In this document: positions 39,442-50,667 of the stretch, piece after piece
Layout: every line of letters begins with the position of its first letter
Position numbering within the stretch: the first letter of the stretch is position 1
NCBI GenBank assembly: GCA_001938485.1
Contig: MQRK01224578.1
Location: forward strand, 1 to 50,667
Origin: Girardia tigrina
Taxonomy: Eukaryota
DNA length: 50,667 nt
Direction of reading: 5' to 3'
Notes under the pieces: generated by a model
The model's database searches: none
What the model was told of the DNA's origin: nothing
What the model saw: the letters and a program-made list of their open reading frames with translations, nothing else
Position numbers and translations under genes: made by a program

Positions 39442-39929
39442 TCTTGCCATATTAAACACTTTACCATCATTGGAAACTACTTTAAGGAAAAAAGCATGAA
39501 AATAATAGAGATAGTATTCCATATTTACATTGAGTAATTGATTATTAATTGATTAATTGTTTAATTTTTGTTATCATTTTTTTCTTTTTTCAAAATACAA
39601 AATATTATGGATTCGTTAGGATTTTGCAGAACTATAGAGCGCATCTAGAATTATGTTGGTTTAGGAAAAAAATAAATATAGTTTTGCTTTATTTTTATGT
39701 AATATTCTTCAATTAATAAATGAAAATTCATTATAAAAATTCAATTATTTCTTTTACTTTCCTAATTTTACCAGTTCCTTTTCAATTAAATATTTACCAA
39801 TTAAAAATAATATACTAGTCAATTTTTTATTAATTACTGATCAAAAATAAATAATACTAATCAAATAATTAAAAAAATAATGATCAAATAATTGAAAAAT
39901 AATGATCAAAGTATGGAAAATACTGATCT

Positions 39930-40325
39930 TTTAATATAAAGTTTCATTTCTGTTTCCAGAGGGTAAACCATCTTTCAATATAATGATGCACTAATTCATA
40001 CAATGACACGAGTTATATTCCAATGAAGTTGAGAATCTCATTCCACCGACACCATTCCTAGATCCGGACATAATTGAAAATTTATGGGTGATTTTAGAAA
40101 TTCAAATAAAAAGCTGATTTCTACCGACATTGTCTCTAAATGTACTGGAAGGTGTTTTAACTTAAGAACGAACTAAAATTCTTTCGAAAACAAATCACAA
40201 TTTGTGTGAAGTAATATTTCGGAAAATCGAGGCTGTAATTGCCACAAATGGTGGACGTATATCATACTATTATATATCTTACTGATTATTTAAAATATTT
40301 CTCTTACTTTGTCATACTTCTGTAA
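39930..40325 (+). mobile_element. Decayed Tc1 3' remnant
   Basis: F..DDALIH, PPFLDPDIIE.LW, AVIATNGGR in broken frames. Confidence 0.5.
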
Positions 40326-40435
40326 ATGTGTAGATACTCTGTGCAGATATTCGATGCATAACATGGTTTTTAATTTCGTGTCGTTTATAATTTTTCTATT
40401 AATAAAATTTTAAATATCAGTTTAAAATTTCTTAC

Positions 40436-40518
40436 CTCTGAACAATGACAGGTCTTCGTTTAGGTATTTGATTCCATTTGTAAACAACTTTTACTCCAAT
40501 ACCTCTTGCAGACGCTGG
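40436..40518 (-). CDS. TTLL4: TTLL4-like exon e
   Basis: PASARGIGVKVVYKWNQIPKRRPVIVQ(R); donor gtaag; too short for the ORF track. Confidence 0.95.
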
Positions 40519-40707
40519 CTATTAGAAAATTGTATTAAATCAGCTTTTTACTTTTTATAGTTTATAATTTTATTTTAATAATTTATTTAATAAATATATG
40601 ATTATATTTGTTGAAAAGAATAAACTGGAAAATTTTTAATAAATCATAATTGAAAACTTTTGTTTTCAATGCAGGAGTGTCCCAATTATTAAAATAAAGA
40701 AATGTAC

Positions 40708-41650
40708 CAAGGATGCGACCCGTACGGGCACAGGTCGATTTTACGGGCATCGGACATGGTGGTATTGGCAACGGTAGGGCACGGGCACGGGCTCGGATTT
40801 CATTAATTGTTATATCATATACAATAAATATATTGTATTATATATAAAATATTTTATATAATATATTAATACATTAATAAAAACAAATAAATGAAAAATA
40901 AGATTTATACAATGAGCGGCACATTTCAAGGATAGAACCGAAGGTCTTTCAGAAGAAACTACATTAGTAGCTGCAATCATATTTTTGGGATTATCGATAA
41001 TTCACGAAATTACAACAATATGGTAATTGCGCAAAAATTATTTTCTCATGTCATTATTTTATTAACTAAACTGTATGATACTAATATTTATCTTTCACGG
41101 AAAGCTAAAGGAAACCCTAAATATTTTGGTCGCTAATAAATTACTTTCTAACATAGACATAAATTAAATATAGTTATTGAATATAGTTACAAAAAATATA
41201 ATCCTCAAAACATTCATCAATTCATAAAAGTCCACGACACTTATTAGGTAGTTCGTCAATTGAAAGAACAAAATTATCAAGAAAATATCAATTTATAAAA
41301 AGCGTACATTTTGTAAATGATCTTTTTATTTGTATTAAGAGTCTGTTAATAATTTCAGTTCTTTTATTAATAATTTAAATCTTACATAATAATTTATCTG
41401 AAAATATAATTAGCAATAGCGAATTTTATGAATTTTTAAGATGTACCCATCACTTGACAGAGGAAAATATTTTTGTTACAAATCATGCTGCATAAATTAT
41501 TGAACTTCGGAATAAAACTTGTATTCCACCATATTACACATAAAAATTAAACATAAGAACTCTTTTATTAATAAAATAGTGTTATTCTATTTATTTATGA
41601 CAAAACGTGAAGATCATTGTGACAAATATTATGTGTGATCAATTGCTTCA
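40708..41650 (-). mobile_element. Decayed hAT (Ac-like) 3' end
   Basis: Terminus CAAGGATG with clustered ACGGGC subterminal repeats (40720-40795); ATNVVSSER resembles the hAT dimerisation motif. Confidence 0.55.
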
Positions 41651-42334
41651 AAACAGAGTCAAAATATTGCATAAGGCAAAGAAAAGGTGTATGCGACATT
41701 TAACGCACAATTAAGTATCAATTTAGACGTGAACGCAGCAAGTCTCTTCATAAGTTGCGTTTGATTACGGATGTAGCTAGTTGAAAGATAATTGATAGGT
41801 TGTAGATACAGAGCAATTATTTATTAATTGAATGTACGTGTAGATACCTATTTACCAATTTGTGAAATTACCGTATTTATTGTGATAAAAAAAAGATTTA
41901 TTAACTAAATACAAATTTGAAAAATCCACTTAATTGTTATTGTCGCGCATTTAAAATAAATAACGCATAATTAATAATGTATGATTTTTTATTAAAAATT
42001 CTAAGTTTTACAATCAGAAATTTTAATGGTTTACTTTCAATATCTGTAATTTGGTTGACAAACGTATTTTGAAGTTTAGGGTAAAACTAATAATAAATAT
42101 ATTTATAAAAATAATTTTTCGAATAAGAACTCAAATATTTCTGGCGTTAAAGCACGGCTTCAAGTCTATCTCAGATTCAAATAAAGTTTAGACCATTGGT
42201 AAAGTAGAAGGAAGACGGAATTTTAAGGAATTAGAAAATGCTATTATCTGAAAGGAATTCGAAAACTTTTTTTGTGCTCAAATGAATAACAAATTAATCT
42301 ATCTTTATAGAAATTTTCTATTTTTTTTAACCCC

Positions 42335-42440
42335 TGTGAAGAATTTTTAAATTTGAATGTTGAAATTCGTGTGTTGTATTTTGCAATTTGAATTTGGTAT
42401 TTGGAAATAGGTTTCTCCTACTTAGATGAGAAATTGCTAT
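42335..42440 (+). mobile_element. Partial LTR, TGTGAG family (+ orientation)
   Basis: TGTGAAGAAT...TTTCTCCTACTTAGATG. Confidence 0.7.
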
Positions 42441-42849
42441 TTTCGATTGAGGTGCAAGCCACTGGATCCAGCTGTGGTGACCGGAATCCCTTTAACGTAG
42501 GGGAAGTTTGTAGCCGATAAATAAAAAAATATCAAATGGCCGACTCGTCGTTGTGTCGGTGCTGTGACCGCTTCATGGAAGTTCCCCGTCGAGCAGTGAA
42601 ACCTGGAGCGGCGGGGTTTACTATCGCTCCGTTCACTCGAAGTCGGTCAGTCCGACTGACGAGATCACGTCGACCAGCGATGCGCCTTCGGCTCGCGCAT
42701 AGCAGCACTCTATTTTGTCCAACCGCTTTGTTTTGCCGCAGAGTGGTATGGTTACGCGGGCGCCGCATGAATTTGTGGTATAAGGTTCACAATACAGAAG
42801 AAGAACCGAACGTGAACAGACAACTTTTATTTTTTAACGACAATTGATA

Positions 42850-43190
42850 TCTATATTTTTCAATTTAAAATTCACAGAATTTTGTAAGCATTTTGACAGT
42901 TATTGGGAGAGTGTGTCGTGTGAAGCATTGTTAATTAGGTCACATTGCCCTAAAATCAATGTTCAATCGACAGTCTCAACCAGCTTATTGAGAATTTTTG
43001 ATTAGCATGATTTCATGCAATCGATTACATAATCATCATTTTTGTATTTATATACAGGTGAATTGATTATTAATTAGTGACCTGAAGATGACGGTAGATA
43101 CGTCGAAATATATTGTCTTAAAATATATTTTTAAATGGATGACTTTGGTTATTAAAATAATGTTTTTAATTAAAATTTTGGTTGGAATAA
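42850..43190 (+). mobile_element. Penelope-like 3' end (GIY-YIG C-terminus and pLTR)
   Basis: FDSYWESVSCEALLIRSHCPKINVQ followed by a hammerhead. Confidence 0.8.
43079..43117 (+). ncRNA. Minimal type I hammerhead ribozyme (intact core)
   Basis: GAC-CTGAAGA-T-GACG gtagata CGTC-GAAA-TATA-TT-GTC: stem I GAC/GTC, stem II 4 bp, palindromic loop III. Confidence 0.85.
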
Positions 43191-43193
43191 ATT

Positions 43194-43615
43194 TATTAAG
43201 ACCATAAGATTTTCAACATTTTTATTATTAATACAATTATATTATTATTATTGTAGTTTATCGTCAGGATAATTATTGCCAAAACTTTCGTAGGTTTGCA
43301 TCATTCAATTGATTAATATTTCGAATTAAAAAAATATATCGCATAACTTATTCGGTTGAAATTAAAATGAATTTTATTTTTAAAAATATTAAATTGATTT
43401 AATTATTTTTAAATTAAAAAAATTTTCATACCATTTAAAATTTTATAGCGATTTTTAAATTTTAAAAAATTTTAAATAAATTTAAATATTAAACTTAAAA
43501 TTAAAAAAATATTAGTCTCAGATTGTAATAAATTAAAATAATAATCAGCCATCTGAGTAGGAAACACACAATTCTAAATCAACACAACATTCAAACACAT
43601 CAAACATTCCTCACA
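43194..43615 (-). mobile_element. Solo LTR, TGTGAG family (422 bp)
   Basis: TGTGAGGAA...CTTAATA; TSD AAATT/ATATT (4 of 5 match). Confidence 0.8.
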
Positions 43616-44220
43616 ATATTAAATTTCTTAAAATGTTTAAAATAATCATGAAATCTTAAAACTAATTAGTATAATAAAATGAAAATCTTTGTTCGAATAA
43701 TTATTTTAAAACGATGCGAACTAAAATCTTAATAATTTAGATTGATGTCAAGTGATGAAAGTGATTTTAAGAGTTATAAAAGGGACTATATGAAACTGTG
43801 ATAATAAATATTTAGAAAACATTGTTAGTGTTCTTCACAACCAATGTGGGTAAATAATTACTTCTGCAAATGACTTATTTGAAGTTTTTTTATACTTCCA
43901 ACGATACTTACAATAAGGTAAAGGTTGACAAAATTCGTCGACTACTTCATATAAGATACTGAGAATAAAATACTGATAAATTATAATAGAATATAAAATA
44001 TCAATTTTTTAAGGGAGAAAAAAATTAAAAACAACAATTAAAAATCATATTTCATCATTACATACGGTGTTTCCCAGTCAGAAGCAATTGTTGGAGTGGT
44101 TATTCAATATTTATTTAACTATATATTTCCAATTTTTGAGTCTTGTGTTTGCTAAATTATTTATTTCGGTAAAATTATGTATATATATTTATAAGTGGAA
44201 GCTAAAAAGAAATTAAATAC

Positions 44221-44415
44221 CGGTTTAATAATCCATTTATGTTTATTTCCACCGGATTCCCAGCATTGTTTGAATAATTCCAGATCAGTTGGTAAACAGA
44301 AGGTTTGAGGTATGAAGTCAAACTCATTATTTCCTACTTCTTGTTGCATACGATAAATATTTCTCCAAAGTCTGTCTTTGCGCCCCAATTGAAAAGAACC
44401 GGGAAAGTGATTTAC
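44221..44415 (-). CDS. TTLL4: TTLL4-like exon d
   Basis: VNHFPGSFQLGRKDRLWRN...PQTFCLP...KWIIKP; 195 nt, phase 0-0, AG/GT ends. Confidence 0.95.
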
Positions 44416-44605
44416 CTGCAATATATAAATAATAAATACATAATAAATTTCTATCAAAGAAGACACGAATAATATCGAAAATTCTACCAAACATCAACAT
44501 TTGTAAAATGAATTATATAATTATTTTAAAATACCAATGATTAGATGAAGAGACAAGTAATTCCAAAAAATGTGATTAATAAATCCTAATTGATAAAAAA
44601 CTCCA

Positions 44606-46192
44606 TAACATCAATATGAGTTTTACAACATTTATTAATATCACAAGCGTATTCACTATTTGACATTTTTCTTGATCGATATATTTCTGAGTTCATACTA
44701 ATTATTTTCAATAAATGAAAATCTCTTAATAAAAATTATTAATTATAAAGAATCTAATTGGTAAAAATTAAATCTAAACATTTTTACAAAAGAACATATC
44801 AAATTAATATATTAAAATTTTAAATTACATTAAAAAATAAATAATACATTCAAAAATTATTTTAAATCTTTTTACTTTAAACTTAAATTAAATTATTTTT
44901 AATTAGTAGGAATTAAAGAAAATACCAATCATCCATCTGTGTAGGAGAGGCACAATCCGAATCAACATAAAACATGCACAATATCAACAAACAATTCAAA
45001 ACATTCCTCACATCCCCCTCGGTTTAAATAGCTTTAGCCATTCAACATTTCTAATCAAAGTTTTACCATCTTCGAGCTGTAACTCGTAACTCCTTTCGTG
45101 ATTTAGTTTCAACACAATTGCCGGACCCATGTAACGGTCATCTTATTTTGATATATTTTCTTTTTTTATCAACACTCTGTTTCGAATTTCAAAAACTCTT
45201 CTTGTCTCCACATTTTGTTCGACATTAACTTGGTTTCCGTTAGTTTCTTTATTGTTCTTCCACCAATGTCTTAATCGTCTCCCAAATATTATTTCAGTCG
45301 GTGAAACACCTGTCGTAGCTTGAACTGTACTATTCAACATATTCCATTTCCGACAAAACATCTGTCCAATCTCTGTGGTTGCCGTCCTTCATTCTAATAT
45401 TTATAGCATCTCTGATTGTTCAAAATTGTCTTTTCACTATCCCATTTGTATTATGATGATATGGACTTGAATAGATTATCTCGACTTTGAACCCTTAGAC
45501 TGTATCTTTGAACAAAGCCGATTCAAATGTTTTTCCTCTATCAACATGGATTTCTTTTGGAGGTCCAAATTTCCATATTCATCTGTCCAATATAACTCTA
45601 CGAACTATTTTTTCATCTTGACTAGCAACTGCATTCAGGCTAATATATCTACTGAATTAGTATACTATTGCAAGTACGTATTGATATCCGTTTATGTTTC
45701 TTTTGAATGGTCCACAGAAATACATGTATATTTTCTGGAAAGGTTCATCTGCCGACAACTTTATATGTTTTTTCTTTCGTTTTCACTGTTAATGTCTTTC
45801 TTTTTTGACAATTTAAATAACTTTGGACTATTTCTTTAATGAAATTTGTCATATTTTCCATGTCAAAATCTTCTCGAAGATAGTTATAGACTTTATTTAC
45901 TACCAGCATGGCATAACAGCTTCAATAACATCTCTTCAATAAAATCTGTTCGTTTTTCTTTTGGGATCCAGTATTTATTGTCCTGAGTTGCCACAATGTC
46001 ATTTTTTAGTGTCCATTTCCTCGTTTTCTCTTTTCAGGTATCTTCAACAATTTGTTTTATTTCTTCATTATTCTTTTGCCATTTGAAGCCCTCTGACTCT
46101 TCGTTCAATGCAAGAATTCTCGACTTGATCTTTCCTTTCTTGGCTTCTTCATGCAACGTCTGACATTCGCTACACAATTCGCAAGAATTTCT
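44606..46192 (-). mobile_element. 5'-truncated Gypsy element: integrase remnant, PPT and 3' LTR (about 44606-45012)
   Basis: Paralogous to 8104-9300; PPT GAGGGGGA; LTR closely similar to 15871-16283. Confidence 0.88.
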
Positions 46193-46838
46193 GTATACTT
46201 CTAAAATCAAGGAATATTGTATAACAACTAAAATGTCACGTTGATAATTCTCTAGAATTTTAGAAATTTTCAATTTATTGTTTTCGAGAAATTACACATT
46301 TATTATTTCAATTAAATTCTTTGAAAATTAGACGGCAATGAATTTCTTTTTAACCTAACACTAATAATTATATTTAAGACTTTCTGACAACCGATCTAGC
46401 TTTGAATAAGTAAAGTGTAATCTAGCTTTGGTTAACAAAGCTTGCTTCGTTTCGTGCTGTCAAAATTAAATTTCGGTCGTTAGAAAAAGAATTTCATCAA
46501 AACATATGTTACATTATTAATACGTTTATTAATGTAATTATTAATATGTTAATTTTTGTATTAGAAATGATAATTACTTAAATGTTTACCGATAAATAAA
46601 AGTTTAAATTTCTAATCGTTCTTTTGAAAAACTATCAATTTAACTTCAGTACGACAACATCAAAACAAATTTATCCTCTGTTGAAATCATAACTCCAAAT
46701 ATTTATTTCTATAACAATTTACTATTTTTCTGCATTCTCTACAACTTTGTTGGGAGTTTTAAATGACGTACCGATTATGTAATGATTGCATAATCATTAT
46801 CTCTATTATTGAAGTTAATTTCGTATGAAAAATCATTT

Positions 46839-46877
46839 GTTCTGACGATGACGGTTAAACTGTCGAAATTAATAAAT
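46839..46877 (+). ncRNA. Minimal type I hammerhead ribozyme (intact core), probably from an orphan PLE pLTR
   Basis: GTT-CTGACGA-T-GACGGT taa ACTGTC-GAAA-TTAA-TA-AAT; preceded by a palindromic hairpin like that of the 43079 copy. Confidence 0.8.
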
Positions 46878-47414
46878 TTTGATTGGCTTTGAAATTTTTT
46901 GTTCGATAATCTGTCAATTGTACTCAAATTTATTCACAATTAACTATATTTCAAACAAAGTTACGAGGAACAATATTTAATTATTTTACACAAAACCCAG
47001 ATATCAAAATTTTATTACATCAATACATAAATTTTAGTTTTAATTATAAATATTTATACATTAATTATAAAACTTTTAGTGGCTGTTTTATTTTTTAAAA
47101 AAAGTCAAATGTTTTAAAAAATGAATTATTAGCAAATAATTTTAAACTTAAAAATTTTCAAATAGTTTTTGTTAGAAGAAAAAAGATCTACACTAAAATA
47201 TATTTAATAAAAATAAATCACAAACACTCATACATCAGTTATATACAGAATAAAAGGAGAGTCAAAGGTTAACTCTGCTCTCGACCCCTTAATAGTTATA
47301 TAATACAAATCTAGAATTATTCAAAATTTGTTGATTGTGTAATATTTTATTTAATTAATTTAAATTTAATTTTATAATATCTCACAACTTTAATGTTTAA
47401 AAATTATTTGTTTT

Positions 47415-47835
47415 TATTAAGAACATTAATTTGGTTTTCTTTACATTTATTTATATCACAATTTGAATTTCCACTAGAACAATTCTCCGCAAAACTTGCG
47501 TAGCTCGTCATCGTTTTCGATTAATAATCTTTAATAATATTCTTTAACGTCTTATTATTCAAACAAATTTAAATTACAATTTAATTATTCCAAAAATAAT
47601 TTATACTTTAAATTTGAAATAATTTTTATTTATTTTAAGAAAATATTATCAAAATATTATTTATGAAATATTAGTTTAATTTTAAAGTGATTATTTAAAT
47701 TTTAATATTTGATTAAACAACCTGACGTTTTAAAATATTTAAAATATCAATCTTCCATCTGGGTGGGAGAAACACAATCCTAAAACAACATACCAAACAA
47801 CACACAATAAACACCATTCAAAAATATTCCTCACA
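47415..47835 (-). mobile_element. Solo LTR, TGTGAG family (421 bp, TG..TA ends)
   Basis: Exact TSD GTTTT; close paralogue of 9530-9956. Confidence 0.9.
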
Positions 47836-48079
47836 GTTTTAAAAACTACATTTTTAGCGAATAAAATTTCATTAACTTATTTCTGAAAATTACTTTTAAA
47901 ATTAAGTAGAGATAATTTTAATTACAATTCTTTTCAAGAATTTTTGATTTAAGATATTTGCTTATTTTAAATATTCAAAAATTTATGAGTTCGCCAAATC
48001 TTCACATCTTCCATATCAATGTAATATTTAAGATTTGATACTTTTTTAATTAAGATACATTAAATAATTTAAATACTCA

Positions 48080-49250
48080 TAAATGAACAAGACAGAGGCT
48101 GAGTTTTGAAATTTTATTACGAAATCTGCAACCGAAATGATTTAGCTATTTCCATGTTGTACAATAAACAATTGTCATGTGGATCTTTAACCACTAAACA
48201 AAAATTAAGAAAAGATCCAGAATTGAGATAGTAGATTAACCAAATTTTACAAAAAAATCAAACTACAAAATATCGCAAGAAAACGTTATTGGAAGAAAAG
48301 GTATCCGAATTGGTAGCTAAATATGATATTGCTATAATGATTATGACGAATAGCCGTATTATTCGAGAAGATTTTTCAGCAAATGGATATTCATTACCTA
48401 ACAGTAGAGCTAGCATACTAAAGATAATTTATGCTTACTATAAAACCAAGAAAATTTGTCTGGTTTAAAAAGTTAAGAAAATGAAATGTAAGATTTCTTA
48501 TATCATTTGATAAATGGGCAAGCTTAAAAATAAAAAAAAATATCAATGTTATGATTTTTTATGAAAATGAATGTGGAAACTTAAGAATAGTTAAAATAGA
48601 AGGGAAATGTTTAGTTAAAAGAATAGTTTAAATAATTGAAAAGCGTTTGTTCGAATTATAAACATATTAAAAGACGAAGTTCAGGAATATGTTATCAATA
48701 GTTTAATGAATTACGATCAGTTTTCTAAGAAATATCACCTGTCTCTTATTAAATTTTTCATTAAGGTTTATATTAGTTAAAAAAACATTCATTCAAAAAC
48801 ATTCAAATTCGAAAAGGTCATTTTGTTTGATGTTTTATGAAATAAACATTGAAAAAATTTAGTTTCGATGAAATTTTTGTAGTAATTTTTCATTGTAATA
48901 AGAATTTTTATGTTTAAAATTTTGATTAATTAATAAACTTTATTTCAGAGAAATTATTTTTCAAAACAAAGAATTTGTGAAATATAAAATAGTTATTTTA
49001 ATAGTTAACAATCGAAAAATATTAATTTTAGATTATGTGAATGTTCAATGACTGAGAATTTTAATGAAATCGCTTTCATGTGTATTAGAAGCTTCTTAAG
49101 AAAAATCAGTTTTCATATCTTTATAATAGAATTTGACTCCTTCTATTTTATAAATCTTATATTATTTTCCAATAAATTGCATATTTTTGAAAAATTCAGA
49201 CATATATAGCTTTTCTTTGAATGAATCCAATTTATTCAAAATAAAAAATA
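48080..49250 (+). mobile_element. Decayed hAT (hATm-like) transposase remnant
   Basis: VSELVAKYDI...SRIIREDFSANGYSLPNS and SFDKWASLKNK (cf. SLDEWTSLKN) in broken frames. Confidence 0.5.
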
Positions 49251-49260
49251 AAAAAAATAC

Positions 49261-49337
49261 TTTTTGATATTCCTTTATTGTTTTGAATACTGGTCCCTTC
49301 ATATGTTTTCCAAAATAAAGGATCCAGTCATTTGATT
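49261..49337 (-). CDS. TTLL4: TTLL4-like exon c
   Basis: SNDWILYFGKHMKGPVFKTIKEYQK, homologous to the TTLL4 DW..WG.HMK....I.EHQK segment; AG/GT ends. Confidence 0.9.
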
Positions 49338-49386
49338 CTATAAGAGTTTACTTTTGAGAAAAGAAAATCAAATAATGTTATCAAAC

Positions 49387-49419
49387 CGGTATCTTCTAAA
49401 TCATCCCCAGAACAAGTAT
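49387..49419 (-). CDS. TTLL4: TTLL4-like exon b (33-nt microexon)
   Basis: tgtag|ATACTTGTTCTGGGGATGATTTAGAAGATACCG|gtttga gives (Y)TCSGDDLEDT(E); flanked by 54- and 49-nt introns; skipping it joins T+AA, a stop. Confidence 0.75.
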
Positions 49420-49473
49420 CTACAAAGATTATAGCTTCAAAAGCATACTTCATACAAAAAATATTTTTTTTAC

Positions 49474-49584
49474 ATCTTGACGGCCTGAAACCAGATCTGC
49501 TAATTGTCTGTTTGACAATCACTGGAGTGAGGAGACTTGTTCTCCATCTCAGCAGTTTTCTTAGCTGCCAAGGCAATTGTTCGA
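49474..49584 (-). CDS. TTLL4: TTLL4-like tubulin polyglutamylase, exon a (first exon found)
   Basis: Encodes (V)EQLPWQLRKLLRWRTSLLTPVIVKQTISRSGFRPSR, matching the start of the TTLL4 TTL domain; AG acceptor at 49586-49585, GT donor at 49473-49472; 111 nt, phase 1-1. Confidence 0.9.
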
Positions 49585-50554
49585 CTTTATTAAAATTATT
49601 GTTCAACAAATGAGATAAAATAAAAATAAAGATTAATTTCGTAAATGAAGCAATCAGAAGAACTTTTATTATTAAAAAGAACCTTTGATAAGATTCAAAA
49701 GATCTGAAAAACAGAATATTTTTTCTATCTAACGAAAATTCTAGTGATTCTGCATAATTTCAGAAAAATTTTCAGTTACTTTCTATTAATATATATTGTT
49801 AAAGTTACAATAGAATACCAGAAATAACAGAAACAGATAGAATCACACTGTATAGTAAATATTAGGTATCCTATTGAAACTCTAACTGTAATAATAGTGT
49901 ATGACAATATAGAAGATTAATGAATATATAATAAACAATTTTAATTAGTTCAATTAATTAATAAAAAAACAATACGAATCAAAAATATTACACAATCCGA
50001 TCACAGGCAATAAATAAAAGACCAGGAACAAGAAAATACCCCTAGGATCATAGAGGTACGAATATTAGAATAATAAAAATGTAAAATGAATTACCAACAG
50101 TCTTGTCGAAATGGAATAGATAAAAGATTACTGGTATAATTTTGGTTAAATAATGAATCAGATAAATCTTCGACAGAATTGCCAAAATTAGTTAAATTAA
50201 CAACGAAAATTATCTTTCGTCTGAATTAAATGAATACTCTTCGTAATAGGACAATTTTCTTTTCGGAAATATTGAATTGGTGTTACAGTAACTGGTGGAC
50301 TTGATTCGATCACAAAAAAATAAGAATAATTATTGTTAGTACGATGAGCTAACGCTGGACAAAAATATCAAATTCAAAAATAGTCAAATAATAATATTTC
50401 AGGTAATTATGATTTGTGTTACAACAAATCAATTAATATTGATTTGATAATTTTAATTTTTTAATTTAAATTTTAAATTTTAGCTTGACTACTTAATGTA
50501 GTCAAGTGTATAATACATATAATAAATAATATAATATATATAAATAAAAAAGGA

Positions 50555-50667
50555 GGGTATTTGATAATGATTTTCGGGTTTTGATTAGTAACTTTGATCA
50601 CAATTATGAAAGGACAATTACTGAAGCACTCTTGATAAAGTTTCTTAAACCTAGTCTAAATGTGCAA
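50555..50667 (+). mobile_element. Penelope-like GIY-YIG C-terminus running off the window
   Basis: FDNDFRVLISNFDHNYERTITEALLIKFLKPSLNVQ, paralogous to 12050-12160 and 42880-42970. Confidence 0.75.

Noticed and set aside
39196-39537. ORF MESTTTKSK... starting in the 3' LTR as a third coding LTR
   Set aside because: The 5' LTR copy has a 1-nt indel right after the ATG and there is no second full copy to test frame conservation
42578-42622. RNase MRP-like motifs GGAAGTTCCCCG and CGGGGTTTACT
   Set aside because: Only about 25 nt apart, leaving no room for the intervening MRP domains; more simply a local hairpin
42643-42675. Hammerhead-like GTC...CTGACGA-gatcacgtc-GACC
   Set aside because: The GAAA core is missing and there is no stem III
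42532-42847. ORFs 42536-42847 (+) and 42532-42768 (-) as genes
   Set aside because: Arg-rich, no recognisable domain; expected by chance in a GC-rich island
8000-47836. Recurrent CCATCTGGGTGGGAGA...TTCCTCACA motif as a CRISPR or satellite repeat
   Set aside because: Dispersed and irregularly spaced; explained as LTR ends with PPT, PBS and TSDs
49335-49476. TAA at a direct exon a/c junction as evidence of pseudogenisation or stop-codon reassignment
   Set aside because: Resolved by the 33-nt microexon; no other in-frame stop in 1479 nt of CDS

Overview
AT-rich eukaryotic (animal-like) genomic DNA with (TA)n microsatellites and four N-gaps. One host gene is recognisable: a minus-strand tubulin polyglutamylase of the TTLL4 type. 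Nine exons (49584 down to 24524, 1479 nt) splice in frame with GT-AG ends, including an obligatory 33-nt microexon; its 5' end and C-terminal exons were not identified. Introns are either about 50 nt or 3.7-5.6 kb. The long introns and everything downstream are a mosaic of mostly decayed transposons: several Gypsy-type LTR retrotransposons and solo LTRs, Penelope-like elements (PLEs) with minimal hammerhead ribozymes, mariner/Tc1, pogo/Tigger and hAT DNA transposons. The AT content, roughly 50-nt minimal introns and TE mix would fit a planarian or other flatworm, but that is inference only. Main findings: (1) a diverse LTR family whose LTR encodes a frame-conserved Cys-containing leader peptide, with the last LTR base plus the PBS forming an in-frame ATG; (2) an unrelated 873-bp TG..CA solo LTR carrying about 180 codons of ORF; (3) minimal hammerheads with three different palindromic loops, one split by a Gypsy insertion; (4) unexplained GC-rich islands whose stems fold better on one strand.
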